From contig OX597816.1 in NCBI GenBank assembly GCA_951406725.2, forward strand, positions 107,942,001 to 108,006,000: a stretch of DNA of 64,000 nucleotides. Direction: 5' to 3'. Below the pieces are notes generated by a model. It ran no database searches. It had not been told where the DNA came from and saw nothing but the letters and a program-made list of their open reading frames with translations. Below are positions 40,722 through 58,173 of the stretch, in pieces; the first letter of the stretch is position 1; the number at the start of each line of letters is the position of its first letter. A program made the position numbers and the translations under genes. Source of the DNA: Octopus vulgaris (lineage: Eukaryota).

Positions 40722-41254
40722 TATATATATATATATATGTAAGCATGCATACAGATATATAGTTATAAATATAGATGCACATATAAATGTATACACGCAG
40801 TTATACAAAAATTAGGTCTTTGCAGTTATCATTAATGACTCGTGAGTATTCAATTGAGACGGGTTCTAGATAAGACAGGCCTTTATAGACAAAACGTGCA
40901 TAATAAGCTACCCACGGGCTGTAGGAGTCTGGAAAAATAAACGTCATTAATTCTTAACCTCATTGATCTGTGAAGATCATAGTTGCAAATATTACGTTTA
41001 TTATCGTATTATTCCCTCGCCTGGGGATAAGAGAAATATTATTGAAATCTTTAATGATTTTTATCGCTCGATCTATGATATTTTATCGTTGTATTTATTG
41101 GTTTTTACGAAGTATTAGCCTCACTCACTAGATATTTTCTCAATTCTTCTGCACCTGTTGACAGTAAACCAATTACCGTCACTCCATTATATTGCCCTAT
41201 CATGTATCTATCCGTCACGTTTCCCGTGCCTTATACTATTGTTCTCGTAAGATC

Positions 41255-41294
41255 TACATATATACATACATACACACATATATCTATATATATA

Positions 41295-41349
<55 letters not shown>

Positions 41350-41358
41350 ATATATGTG

Positions 41359-41395
<37 letters not shown>

Positions 41396-41468
41396 ATGTA
41401 TGTATATGTATGTATGTGTATGTATGTATATGTATGTATGTATATGTATGTATGTATATGCATGTATG

Positions 41469-41510
<42 letters not shown>

Positions 41511-41514
41511 CATA

Positions 41515-41546
<32 letters not shown>

Positions 41547-41709
41547 CGTGTATATATATATATACGTGTGTATATATATATATATACGTGTGTATATATA
41601 TATATATATATATATGGATGTATGTATATATACGTGTGTGTATATATATACGTATATATATATACGTATATATACTCATATATATATATACGTGTGTGTA
41701 TATATATAC

Positions 41710-41756
<47 letters not shown>

Positions 41757-41800
41757 CGTATATATATTTATACATATGTATATACATATATATATATAAA
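41255..41800. repeat. compound (TG)/(TATG)/(TA) microsatellite
   Basis: Read directly. Confidence 0.95.
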
Positions 41801-41861
41801 TAGATGAGTGTATTTTTACCTTGTTAACAATTAACACGGAAAAAATAAATAAATCCATTTA

Positions 41862-41914
<53 letters not shown>

Positions 41915-42009
41915 ATAGGAATAAGACAACAAAAGAAAGAGACCTCGATGTTATGTAAATAGTGGAATTTATCTGTAAATGTAATACGTGACAATCATTC
42001 GGTAGCCAT

Positions 42010-42070
42010 GATAGAACTCCGAGTTTCGGATGCCTAGGTTGAAATCCACGCCGCCATCTCTTCAGTTATC
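42010..42070 (-). ncRNA. hammerhead-ribozyme-like motif (slightly degenerate) in a probable PLE pLTR fragment (~41912-42300)
   Basis: GATAA-CTGAAGA-GATG...CATC-C-GAAA-CTCGGAG-TT-CTATC. Core intact, with one bulge in helix II and one mismatch in helix I. The element abuts (TA)n. Confidence 0.55.
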
Positions 42071-42404
42071 CGGCCATCGGAAAAATGCTATGAAAAATGA
42101 CCGTCAAACAAAGAGAAAATACTGTGTGATTGACCGTTATTAAGACAAAACAGCTATTTGAATGATCACTAAGTGAGAGGAGGGAGTAAAAGTAAGGAGG
42201 TAAAATGTTCATAGTATTCGCGTAAGCGCGCATGTTCATACCTACACTTGCACGTCCGCACGCCCACGTGCGTGCGCCTAAAAGTATACTTTCATCCACC
42301 CTCACTTGAAAACGTACACATTCTCAGGCTATTCCGTTGATCGGGTCACCTGGAACTCTCGCCGTCGGAAGCGACGGAGTGCTATACATGCACACACATA
42401 CATA

Positions 42405-42463
<59 letters not shown>

Positions 42464-45460
42464 TTATGTGTGTGTGTGTGCCTGTGAACACACACTTACA
42501 CATATTGTATGCATGTATCGAAGAGCAAAGTAACAGCAATAAACAAACAAGTTGAATTGACGTTCATAATTATTAGCTTGGCGTTCAGAGAAATACAAAG
42601 CGATATAATCAATCGGACATTGTGCTTCTCCAGATAATAGTGAAGAGTGGAAAGATAAAAATGAAATTCAGTAAAACATTGCAAGTTTCGTTGGTCTACT
42701 AGTATATAAAGAACTTCGAAGTCACTGTCAAAAATATTCTTCTAACAAAATAATAAACATATACTCTGCAAATGTATAGAATAATCTTTAGCTTCATGTA
42801 AAATGATTAGACATGAAAACAAACCTTTATATATTTATATAAATATATAATAACAAAGGGTAAAATTAATTAATTAAGAAGTAATCAATAATTTCACCAA
42901 GTAGAATTCGGTCTGAAAAAAGGACCATTTCACGGTAAACTTAAGTAATACTTAATGAAAGGGTTCAGCAAAGACTTGCTTTACCACATACCGAAGTTTA
43001 GAAATAGCAGCCAAAAATCTTAGCTATTTCTTCTACTTTATATATGTGTGTGTGTGCGTGTGTAAATATCTATAAATACACACAGACATATATATTTTTT
43101 TATATACGTGTGTGTGTGTACGTATGTATAAATACATATACGCATATATATATTTTCATATATGTGTGTATGCATGTGTGTGTCCATGTGTGTGTGCATC
43201 TGTGTGTGTGTGTGCGCTTATGCATGTATAATGTGACTATATACATACTTACATACATATATGCATATATACATGTATACGCGCATACATATATGTCTAT
43301 ATACAATATAAATTTACATTTATATATATAAATCTAGATATTTATAAGTATGTATAATATATATATATATTTGTGCTTGTATGTGTGTGTGGGGGGGGGC
43401 GCAGTTCCTCTGTACTCAGATGTATTTAACGTTAAGAAATACCACCACTAAAGTAATGGCAACGCATTAAAGTAATTCAATTTTTAAAAATCTTACTTAC
43501 TAAAACGAAATATCTTAGTTTCACAGAACTGTATGTAAACGATATGGAATACAGCATATCTAGACACGTTTATTGTGGTTTGCTGGAGGCAATTATTAGC
43601 TTTTAGTTGATGGGCGGTTCCAAAACATATCAACTTAATGAATGTTTATTATTTGTTTCTTACTTGTTTTTTCCTAAGCACTATACTCTTTTTCCCGTTT
43701 TGGTTGTATTTTTTGCTTTTGAATTTCTTGCACAACATGAATTTTAATGTTCGTGCGCTGAAGCCCGTTGAAGAAAATAGTGCATGACCGATATTTGTCT
43801 CAAACAAATAGTAAATATTGATTCCTCACTGACATATTGGTGCAGACATGATTATGTGCTTAAGAAATTCACATCAAAGTCAAATAGACTGGGGTTGATC
43901 TCTGCACGGCCCACCAGGCAAGTATTTTCAATTTTGCCTCTAGACTTACCCAATCTTTTAAATAAAATTGGTTAGACAGAAGATGTGTGCTAGCTCATTT
44001 GATAGCCTGTACTTCTCCTGATTCGAAGTCCGTTGTCCGAATTATCACCAATCTCCTAGCTTCTTAATGTTATTTGTAATGTCCATTCTGTTGCAGACAT
44101 TTGGAAAATGTATTTAGTAAAATGATAACACGATATTTGGATGCGCTTCTTTCTACACCAGCAACTTACGAGTTGTTTTTCTCAGTCTCTCTTTTTATAA
44201 ATCTGTGTTGGTGGACTACATTTTTTCCCTGTGGCTAAAATAAAATCACAACAAATATATGATTCAATGCCTTCGAGAGAGAATGAAACCTAGATTTCTG
44301 CTGCCTTGGAAAAAACTTTTGTGACACTCATACTTTGGTCAAGTCTACTTCGAATCCTAAGAGAAACACTTTGTCTCAACTGAGAACTGAAACTGCTCTG
44401 TAGTACCAACTGCTCCAAAACATTCCTCGTTTTAAAAGCTTTAATTAAATGCAAAGTGAACCGATTTGGTTGATCTATTTTTAAACCTGATGTTAGTAAA
44501 TTGAAGATTTATATGGACTTTATCGAGATAAATTTAGTTATTTTATCGGTGAGTTAAAATGTGTAAAGTATAATTTATAAATACAATTTAAAGAGTAGAT
44601 TTAAATTGAAAACTACTTTAATGGAGAGTTACTGAAACATTATTTAAATTGTAATTTTCTAGATTATAGTCTTAAAATAGAATTTGTAAATATGTAAGAG
44701 TTTATATAATTCGTCATTAAAATTACTATATTGGGAAATTATTAATTCTAAGTCATAAATAACGGTTACAGTTCAGATTGATTACTAGAAAGTAAAGAAG
44801 TGGATACTAAAGATAAGCATATTTTCATTCAAGTCTTTTGTTTCTAATTTTGTTGTATAGTATTGATTTCCAAAACCATTAATCTCGTTCTGTCGCTTTA
44901 GGATTTCACTTCATTTATTTACATATACTATTTACATATACATATATTTACATATAATACATTTATTTACATATACTAAAATGAATAAAGAAGTTGCTAA
45001 GCGGTCACTCTATCAACTAGAAATAGAAATTAAATCTCTCTGATCCCGCCCAGTTATCTTAAAAAGGGAGGACACGTCTAAAGAATAAAGGGAAGTATAA
45101 GAAAGTTTTGAGAGGAATTTCTTCGATTATAGACCTGCTTGATCAGGGTTGGCCAGTACTAAACAACAACTACAACAACATGCCTATATGCTCATAAGTT
45201 TCGTGTAAAATTTTAAAGTTATATTTTTCGCTGCCTGAAATTTCGAAGCAGCTGCATTGAAAACTACTAGCTGCTTACATGGTTAAAAGCTAAAAGGGAG
45301 AGAAAGAGTGGAGTAGCATTTTATGAAACGTTTAATTAATCACAATGCGTTAAAATATGATCAATAAACTTAGCTGCAGAGAGAGGATTCCAAAGTATTG
45401 TATGTATAAAATATGAATGCGTAGGCGTACACACACACACACACACACACACAGATAGTT

Positions 45461-45640
45461 GTTTCAAATTTTGGCAGAGGGAGAGAAATTTAAGGGATGG
45501 GGTAAGTCGGTTACATCTCCCTCAGTATTCATCTGGTACTTATTTTATCGACCCTGAAGGGATAAACGACAAAGTCGACCTCGTCCCTGAAGGGATAAAC
45601 GACAAAGTCGACCTCGTCAGAATTTAAACTCTGAAGATAA
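45461..45640 (-). mobile_element. Meta-like SINE fragment with an internal 33-bp tandem duplication
   Basis: CCCTGAAGGGATAAACGACAAAGTCGACCTCGT occurs twice within 45552-45617. Confidence 0.65.
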
Positions 45641-45742
45641 GCAGCAGAAAATTCAACAAAATCTGTTACTCTGATTTTTCTCGTTGCCGTTCATCAGACA
45701 GATTCACAGTTTTTTCTAGCAAAAACTGTCTGATGAACGTAG

Positions 45743-48282
<2,540 letters not shown>

Positions 48283-48289
48283 ACGTGTA

Positions 48290-49250
48290 CATGATGACAT
48301 GTCACAAACTGTGTGTCCTTGATATTTCTGGATAACTGTGAGAGTAGCTGCGTGGCTTTTTAAATGGTAGACGTCAGACAGTTACACCCAACTGTGCTTT
48401 CACTGGAGACAGCGAAAGCTCTACATCGGAACTGTACTGGGACCACGAATGCTTGTGGTGGCTCTCTCAGACATGCCCTCGGCCATACCGTCAGTCACTT
48501 TCTCCAGATATGCTGATCATAAAAGTGTATCACAGGAGGTCAAGGACCTTGATGATATACTAAAACTGCAAAAGGACCTGATTGCAATATGCAAATGGGA
48601 CGATGAAAGCAACATGCAGTCCAATGCTATGAAGTATCAACCATTCCACTATCGGCCCACAAACTACTCCAATGGAGAACTTTCGCTGTTTGTTGCCGGA
48701 ATTACTGTTGTCAGCTGTTGTCGCTGCAGAGCGTCAAATTGGTGGCGGAACATGAGGCTACCCAGCGCCACTTCACAAAGAGATTGGCTCGGTGAAACAG
48801 ATGAGCTACTGGAAGAGGCTAAAGGAATAAAAGGTCTACTCCACTGAGTTAAGACGTAAAAGATATGCAATGATATACGCGTGGAAGATCCTGGAAGGTC
48901 TAACTCCCAAATTTGGAATTGGAAATTTTACCAACCACTAAATTGGACGGCAGTGCATGACACAAAAGATCCCGCCTTCCCCATCTAGAATAAGGACCTA
49001 GTACGGTAACATCTTGGGTTTCAACAGTCCACAACTATTCAACATCCTACCAAATAACCTGAGAAATTTGTGAGGTGTTGATGTGGAAATTTTCAAAGAA
49101 CGTCCAGGTAAATTTTAATCTGAGATACCAGATGAAATCTCATATCTCATTGTGGCAGGATGGACAAAGAACATTAGCAGCATCCTACTCGTTACTTCAC
49201 CAAAACCAGCACAGAAAAGGAACCCAAACGCACCGAAAAATGTTGAAAGG
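48290..49250 (+). pseudogene. old degenerate copy related to CR1-group LINE 'B'
   Basis: TVLGPRMLVVALSDMPS...YADH (cf. [17 protein letters not shown]...YADD), [36 protein letters not shown]. Many stops and frameshifts. Confidence 0.85.
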
Positions 49251-49283
49251 TAATACACACACACACACACACACACATACATA

Positions 49284-49330
<47 letters not shown>

Positions 49331-50470
49331 GCTATTATGCAAAATTATCGTAAATCGAAAACGTTACTTATTCAGAAAATAAAAAAAATAGTTTCATCAT
49401 TCTATAAGAAAACCATTGTACTATACTTTGACAATTTTGGGTATCTTGGCATCTGAAGCAGCTGGAGATACGACCAAATTCGACCAAAAGAACTGGCTGT
49501 TGCAAGCAAAAATTGAAAATCGCATGTGGCTGAATTTGGACATACGACAGTTTAACGTGATACCAACACTATATGTGTGTGTGTGTGACTGTGTGTGTGT
49601 GTACGTATGTGTGTGAGTGTGTATGTGTATACAAATACACACACACACGCACATACATTTAATTTTAAAATATGTTGGTGAGTTATGACAATTTATTGAG
49701 AATGAAATAATTTTTCTCATTCAATAATTAATGAAACACGTCGTAAACATTATATTTTTAACACAGATTCACATTTTTGTATTATTATTGCTTCTATGAT
49801 TGTTAATGAAATCTCATCTACTTTGTTTTCTTTTGAAACTGTAAATATAAAAGAAATTCCCGACTGTATTACTATATTTCTAGCTGGAAACACAAAAGTG
49901 TTACTTGCCAGACACAATGTAATATATTGTTTAGAAACATCCTTGCCTCATTGTTTCGACCTAAAATCTGTCAAGATACTATTATAATTTAAAGGCGCGG
50001 CAGAAGAATCATTTAACTAATTGACAATAAATGATATTTAATCCAATTTTCATAACTCAACGATTCACTAATAACCAGAGATAATGCCATTGAATCGTAA
50101 AGACGTGATATAAAAATGTGAACGCTACTGTAAAATGTTTCAAAACATCTTTTTAATTTAATTAACGAATAACTTAACTTAGCCGGCAGACAAATTTCAG
50201 TTACTAAGTATTCTGTAATAAAAGGGGAATAACCACAAAAGAAAAAAAATTATCAATATATAAATAAGAATGAATTAGATTAAGTTAAGAATATAACGTG
50301 GTGCCTTCTCTTTTTGCGCGAGAAAAACGTCTGGCGTCAAAGAAATTTATTGTTTAGAATTTCCATACTTTCAAAACTCCGATATAAGTATTACATTAGG
50401 ATAATAGTGTTTCAAAACTAAAAAAGAAATATTTTTATACACTATGTTGTCATATAAGTGTTTAATGGGA

Positions 50471-50995
50471 AGGCGGTGAGCTGGCAGAATCATTAGCACG
50501 CCGGGCGAAATGCGTAGCCGTATTTCGTCTGCCGTAATGTTCTGAGTTCAAATTCCGCCGCGGTTGACTCTGCCTTTCATCCTTTCGGGGTCGATATATT
50601 AAGTACCAGTTACGCACTGGGGTCGATTAATCGGCTTAATCCGTTTGTCTATCCTTGTTTTTCCTCTCTGTGTTTAGCCCCTTGCGGGGTAGTAAAGAAA
50701 TAGGTATTTCGTTTGCCGCTACGTTCTGAGTTCAAATTCCGCCGAGGTCGACTTTACCTTTCATCCTTTCGGGGTCGATTAAATAAGTACTAGTTACTGT
50801 TTGTCCCCTCTGTGTTTAGTTCCTTGTGGGTAGTAAAGAAATAGGTATTTCATCTCTCTTTACGTTCTGAGTTCAAGATCTCCCGGGGTCGGCTTTACCT
50901 TTTATCCTTTCGGGGTTGATAAATTAAGTACCACTTGCATACTAGCATCGACCTAATTGACTGACCCCCTTCCCCAAAATTTCGAGATAGAAAAG
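50471..50995 (+). mobile_element. Meta-like SINE, trimeric form
   Basis: Head at 50471. The GTATTTC...GTTCTGAGTTCAA module starts again at ~50704 and ~50845, each time after AAAGAAATAG. Confidence 0.85.
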
Positions 50996-51047
50996 AATAT
51001 TTGTTTAATAGAGTCATCATATGACTCGGCAAACAATAATAATAATA

Positions 51048-51860
51048 GTTGCTTCAAATTTTGGCACAAGGCCGGCAATAGGGAACGGGGTTGTCGATTA
51101 CTTATGTTCTTGGTTAGTTCTTCACTTTATCGACCACGAAAAGATGAGAGGGGAAATTGACTTCAGTGGTATTTGAACCCAGAATTTAAAGAGTTGAAAT
51201 AAATGCTTCTACGTATTTCTTCCGCCGAGTAAACGATTCTGTCACTGCTTTACTATTCTTTACTTTTCAATAATAAGCATAAGGCCTGAAATTTTGGTAG
51301 GTGGAGCTAAGTCGATTACAGTGACTCCAGTGTCCAACTGGTTTTTATTTTATAGCCCCACCCCCAAAAGGGGGGAAGGCAAAGTCGACCTCGTCGTAAT
51401 TTGAACTCAGAAGGTAAAGACGAGCAGAATGCTGCTACAAATTTCGTCTGGCGTGCAAACGAGTCCGCCAGTTCACCGCTTTAATAATAATCCTTTCTAC
51501 TAAGGTTACAAGTCTTGAAATTTGGGGGCAGGAGACTAGTCGATTACATCGATACCAGTGTTTCACTGATAATTAATTTATTGAGCCTGAAAGGATGAAA
51601 TGCTAAGTGAAGACGGACGAGATACCTATTTCTTTACTACCCACAAGGGGCTAAACACAGAGAGGACAAACAAAGACAGACAAACGGATTAAGTCGATTA
51701 TATCGACCCCAGTGCGTAACTGGTACTTATTTAATCGACCCCGAAAGGATGAAAGGCAAAATCGACCTCGGCGGAATTTGAACTCAGAACGTAACGGCAG
51801 ACGAAATACTGCTAAGCATTTCGCCCGGTGTGCTAACGTTTCTACCAGTTCGCCGCTTTA
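51048..51860 (-). mobile_element. cluster of three to four minus-strand Meta-like SINEs separated by short TAA runs
   Basis: Copies at ~51048-51250, 51278-51480 and 51490-51860 (the last well conserved from 51615). A further copy lies at ~52097-52270. Confidence 0.8.
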
Positions 51861-52309
51861 ATATTAATAATAATAAGAAGAAAGAGGATTTCTAACAAGC
51901 ATTATCGCTCTTCTTTATATTTATTATTATGTTTCTCTTGTATTTTTGTTTCATCAAATTCTGTTTGTTTATTTTCTTCCTATTATTTCTTCGTCTTACA
52001 TTTTCATTACTCAATCAGTTTTATTTCTAGCATTATAGGTGAACATCTTGACAACGTTCCACTATTTAAAACAATATATAATAATTCTTTAAATATTGGT
52101 TTCAAATTTTGGCAGAAGTCCAGTGCTCAGCTGCAACTTATTTTATCGACACCGAAATGATGAAAGGAAAAGTCAACTTCGGTAGAATTTCAACTCAGTA
52201 CGGTAAGACGGACAAATTCCTGCTAAGCATTTTGACCGGCTTGCTAAGGATTCTGCCAACTCGCTGCCTCATAACTGTTTAAATATTAGAATCTCAGCAC
52301 CCATTAATA

Positions 52310-52632
52310 AATTGGGATCTGAGTTGCTCAAACACTCTGCATACAGTCTAGTTGTCGCACCTTCTGGCTGTTATCTTTTTGGACCGCTAAAACAACCTCT
52401 ACACGGTCGTCGATTTGTTATGGACTAAGAAGCGGGGAAAGTGGCGTATAAATGGCTGAGCAACCAGTAAAAAATCTACAAAAAGCTTCTTCTCAAAACT
52501 TGTGGGCTGCTGGAAGAAGTGCATCGGAAAGTAAGGAGATTAGGTCCCAAAATTATGTAATTGTCCGCGTCTGCTTTTGTTTTGCTAAATTACACGAACA
52601 AGTGTGCGTAAAATTTTTGACTTACTCTCCTA
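52310..52632 (+). pseudogene. mariner transposase C-terminal relic
   Basis: Translates ELLKHSAYSLVVAPSGCYLFGPLKQPLHGRRF...KWL...KLVGCWKKCIGK*GD (cf. HPPYSPDLAPSDYHLFGPLK..RW.KCI..GDY). Confidence 0.78.
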
Positions 52633-52656
52633 TTTATGTATGCTCCTCCTTAAAGA

Positions 52657-52972
52657 CTCCGCCGGTTACGACGACGAGGGTCCCAGCTGATACGATCAAC
52701 GGAACAGCTTGCTCGTGAAATTAACGTGCAAATGGCTGAGCATTCCACAGACACGTGTACCCTTAACGTAGTTCTCGGGGATAATCAGTGTGACACAGAG
52801 AGTGACAAGGCTGACCCTTTGAAATACAAGTACAACTCATTTTTGCCAGCTGAGTGGACTGGAGCAACGTGAAATAAAGTGTCTTGCTCAAGGACACAAC
52901 GCGTCGCCGGGAATCGAACTCACAACCTTACGATCATGAGCCGAATGCCCTAACCACTAAGCCACGCGCCCT
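52657..52972 (-). mobile_element. tRNA/CORE-like SINE, well conserved
   Basis: GGCGCGTGGCTTAGTGGTTAGGGC A-box; GAGTTCGATTCCC B-box; TGTGTCCTTGAGCAAGACACTT core. Confidence 0.85.
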
Positions 52973-55134
52973 CACTTTATGTATGCTAACATACATGCAT
53001 ACACCATGTTTGTATGTATATATACATACATATATACATATGTATGTATGTATGTATGTATATAAATATATATATATACACGCACATGTATATGTTGTGT
53101 GTATGTTTGTATGCGTATATGCCTGTATCTTTTTTGTATGTGCGTGTGTGGGTGTGGATGTGGATGTGTGTATGCATGGAGATAACATTGACGAAAATTT
53201 TTATCATTACGTCTTATTTCCTTTGTGTATCTTTTGCTTCCCATAGATAGAAGCCAGAAAATGGCTTGGAATTTACTGAATACCATGCAACATATATATA
53301 TATATATATTCATTTCTTGAATTGTTGCATTGCAGAAAATAAATCTATATAACTTCATTATGTATTGTATATCACTGATTTACATACCATATGCATGACA
53401 AACAGTTGTATATTTTGCATGCCGAATGTTGCACTTCTTGGATTAGAGGAAATGAGATTGATCTTCCAATAAATTATTATATGAAATATATATATATATT
53501 TATTTATTTATTTATATATATGTATCTATAATTTTCACAAAGTTTATTATTATATGTCTTATATAGCATTGAATTTCTTCTTCCATTTATAGGTACGTGT
53601 AGAATCATTAAATTGGAGATGGTACATTTGTAAGACTTCAATTGTTGTTAAAGGAAATGGATAGGGATAGAACATTAAAACCAACATTCTAAAAATGTCT
53701 TATCTGTATACATAGAATAAAGAAATTTTGTTTTGTGCTAAAGTAACACGTAGATTTTAGTCTTTGACATTATTATAGATGCTTCTGTATGTGCACAAAT
53801 CCACTCTTAGTAACCCTGCAACGGAATCTTTTTGGTTTTGATTTGTTTCCATCTGAACATATGTGACATTGTGCCAAACAAGCATCACCACTTTTACTTA
53901 AATGCACATGTTATTAACGTCCGGCCCACAGGTCAGCGATGATCAGTCACCTATATCCATAATGGGAGTAATTTTAGTGATGGCTATATGGTCTTTATTT
54001 TAAGTATGATGTGGTGAGGATTACCTAATCTAATGGGTCATACTCTTTTTAAAATAGTTTTACATAAAAAATGATTTGTGAGATTAGAATATGTAAGGTA
54101 TATTAAAATACACTAAGTGCAAACTTTATATGATATAGAACTCAATACACTGGGTAGAGTAGATAAAAATGTTCATTATATCAAACACTGACAGTCTATG
54201 ATGAGTTTCACCCCAGATTTGGGTGTTCAGGACTATACTTATCAGTCCTACCAGAGGTTACTTTTGATGTACAGACACACAATAGATTACGTGATTCTGT
54301 GTGGATTACATGGTTATTTTTCCTTCCGTAGTGTGTCGTGTAATAAATGTGAAGTTGCTGTAAATGAAACTATGTATCTAAAATATATCTAAAGGATAAG
54401 CATTTCATTGGGTATGGGCATGCCAGTCAAGAGGTTTCGAAATTGGACGGGAAATGAGATCTAATTAAAAACTTGCATGAAATAATCCTTTCTACTATAG
54501 CCAAAAGGCCTGAAGTTTTGGAGGATGAGACTAGTGAATTACGTCTACCCCAGTGATCAACTGGTACTTATTTCATCAACCTCGAAAGAATGGAGGTAAA
54601 ATCGACTGCGCATGATATATAAGGTATGACAAAGAGGTGTCAAAGTATGCAATTCTGATAAATTATTAGGGATAGTGGAGACTCCATCAGAAGGCGGTCC
54701 CCCAGAATTGTTCATGTAAGAAACAGTCAAAACCTTTGTTATGGACTAAATTTGTCTCCGAAATATTATTTTAAAATTTGTGTCTATGTTTGAATCTATG
54801 AACTACTCTACACTAAAATATTTCCAGGGTAATACTGCTGCGCAAGAAAGTTCTTTGTGCAGTCGGAGTTAATGTTTTTTCTCAGAAAAAATGAATAAGT
54901 ACAATGTATATGGGGGTGTTGCACTCATGATCGTAAGATTGTGGTTTCAATTCCTGGACCTCACGATGCACTGTGTTCTGGAGCACACATTTGAACACTT
55001 GATTTAACGTTGCTCCAGTGAACTCAGCTTGCCAAATAGTCCGATGGTTGGCATCCCATCCAGCTGGAGGAATATATATGCCACAGAATCCGGGAAACTG
55101 GCCTTAAGAACCCATGACATCAATTATTTTGATA

Positions 55135-55151
55135 CACACACATATACACAA

Positions 55152-55232
<81 letters not shown>

Positions 55233-55248
55233 ATATATATATTGTATG

Positions 55249-55292
<44 letters not shown>

Positions 55293-55324
55293 TATATTTG
55301 TATGTATGTATGCATATATATATG

Positions 55325-55355
<31 letters not shown>

Positions 55356-55378
55356 TTATGTATATATATATATATATG

Positions 55379-55418
<40 letters not shown>

Positions 55419-55425
55419 ATGTATT

Positions 55426-55456
<31 letters not shown>

Positions 55457-55467
55457 TTGTATGTATT

Positions 55468-55500
<33 letters not shown>
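55135..55500. repeat. (TA)n/(TATG) microsatellite
   Basis: Read directly. Confidence 0.95.
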
Positions 55501-55504
<4 letters not shown>

Positions 55505-55898
55505 GAGGGAACAAAAGTTCTGAAGACATCATCCTTAATAGTTCATCCAACTTAGCTTTATTTATATATCTAAATATTTATGGCGTTTTGATTTTCTACT
55601 TTGAATTACATTATTAAGTAAGAGATCATCTGATTTGTAGTTAAAGAGATCTTAATAATCATTGTTGATTTTCAGGTAATTAATTAAAATAGTTGGTCGG
55701 AAGATGAAACATTTTCTGAATTTCTAATGGACCTAAAAGTGCTTAACGTTCAAACCCAATTAGATGCTAAAGTGTTATGCCAGCAATTTCTGCTTCACAT
55801 CGTCTTTGCAATTTAATTTGCTGTCATGCCAACTTCCAGCCGACTTGAAATGAAACATTACGTGTATACACACACAAACACTCACATCTATCTCTCTT

Positions 55899-56009
<111 letters not shown>

Positions 56010-57515
56010 TGTAGATGGATAGATATATAGATAGATAGATAGATAGATAGATAGCTAGATAGATAGATAGACAAACCGACACATAAAAGATAGAAACTAA
56101 AGCAACAACTTTATGCTGTCACGTACAGTCTTTGCCTTCTGTTCTGTGCCACTACCAAGCAATTAGAAATGAATTTTTCGTCAAACTTGATATTTACAAG
56201 AAAGTGAATCATGTAAATTTAATTTTGATAGTATACTGCATTCGAGAATAAGATTATATTCGGAGGTGCCACATTTCTAGTTGAGTATTCTGTCTATGAT
56301 ATGCAGAGTTTGTCGAGACGTATTAGGAGTGGAACCTTGTTTTATTGCAAGTTTTACTCTTCTGGCTGTTTCAAACGGGTGAAACAGAGAAGCAGCGGGA
56401 CGATATATAAATAAAACATTTCTTGAACTTTATAATGTATTGACTATGCCCTGAAAGGTGGTCATATAATTAAAAGCTACATTTCAACATTTAGTTAGAT
56501 ACCAACAATAAAACTTCAATAACAGTCACCACATTTGTATCTTATGTGTATTCTATGGATACGATGCTGAGGACATAAAATGCCGTGTGTTCTGCACGGT
56601 AAAATTTTAAAAAATTCATTCTATGTTGGCGGATTAATAATTGTTTAACCCTTATCAACTGAAAATCACGAAATCAATGCCAAATCGCTACAAATACTGA
56701 GGAGGCTGGGTAATCATTCCTGGAGGTCCAACACACAAAACTAAAAGAGTATCTTAAAGACTAACTCTGGTTTTAAAATGAGAAAGATCTTTGGATTTAT
56801 TTATTGCTGGCCCTCTACAAATAGCGATGATGAGGGTACTGCTCTCATATCTAGGGTATACAGGCATTCTAGCTGCATCCAGTGAAGGTAATTCGACTGA
56901 ATACCAACTACTAACACGTTACGACCCGACGTTTGTGAGTGTGTGTAAGTGTGGGTTAATGCCAGTTCTTTGTCTCAAAAGGGAAGTAAATATCTAAATG
57001 GGTGTAACAGTCTTGGCCAAGCTAACCATTTGATAAAAGGAATTCAATAATTTGAGTACGATACAAAGAACTTGGGTCGATATGGTTGGCGAAATACTCC
57101 AAGTTGCATGGTTACAGTCAAATGAACGGTTTCAGTCAAATGAACGAAATCAATGAATGAATAAAATAATGCTCTTTTTATTTACTTTTACTATGATATT
57201 AATTTAACAATATATTGTAGAGGTCTGTATATATTTTGAGATATTCCCGGTTATACTTTCTGAAGAGAAGGAATAAACTGCCTCTTGTTATTTCCGTTGT
57301 ACTGAAGGTGAGACTCGATGAAACGATATTGGTGGTTGGAAATATTTCAGCTGTGGTATTTGGTGTTACTTATTGCTAAGAGTGAAAATTTTCGCCTGTG
57401 GTACTAAATGAACGTTGTTTCCTTTTCACTTCTGAATTCCACCTCACCCCTCCTGCTTTTTCTTTGTTTGTTATACAAATGCTTTTAATAGAATGCTTTC
57501 GTGCGTGCGTGTGCG

Positions 57516-57581
<66 letters not shown>

Positions 57582-58173
57582 CTTGTTTGTCTCGGTTATC
57601 ATGCAGGTTGGGATCATATCTTCCGCTGTTAATGTATACGACCCCAAGTACATATATAAATGTAATGCAGATATACGCATTACGTCTAAGTGTGTAGACA
57701 CATTATAACCACTATACAAACTGTAATAGGATTTTCATTTGTATTCATTCTAAATTATTCTCTAGATTACTCTTTAGTTTCAAAAGTAGACGCAAAGGCA
57801 TGAAATAATTAAGAAAAAGTATATATATACATATGCTTTAATGGTGTTTCACTCATGATCGTAAGATTGTAGTTTCAATTCCTGGACATCACGAGGCACT
57901 GTGTTCTTGAGCAGAGATTCACAGAGGAGCAGTAAAAGCTATCATTATTTCATTTCAGAGAAACAGGTTTATGGATTAGGTTAAGCTTGCTCAAGGTACA
58001 TTTTAGTTCCATTCTCAAATAGAAAATTATATTTGTGGGCTACTGAATTTCTCTCCGGGCTTCAGAGGTAAAACACTTAACGTAGAATTTCTCGCAGTAC
58101 AAAGATTATACATACAAACATACATAAATGCATACATACATACATAATACATACATATTTTTTTTTTTTTTTT

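Noticed and set aside
42850-43040. Fragment resembling the end of the 534-bp unit (AAGGGT...CACCAAGT) next to a TA-rich tract
   Set aside because: Similarity is limited to a few short words and no hammerhead is present; it may be a related pLTR end but this cannot be supported.
52900-52972. tRNA genes at A/B-box-containing sites
   Set aside because: These are SINE heads continuing into shared bodies; no complete cloverleaf or acceptor stem was found by eye.
57255-57335. CTGAAGA / CTGAAGG ... GAAAC hammerhead-like words
   Set aside because: Could not build consistent helices I and II.
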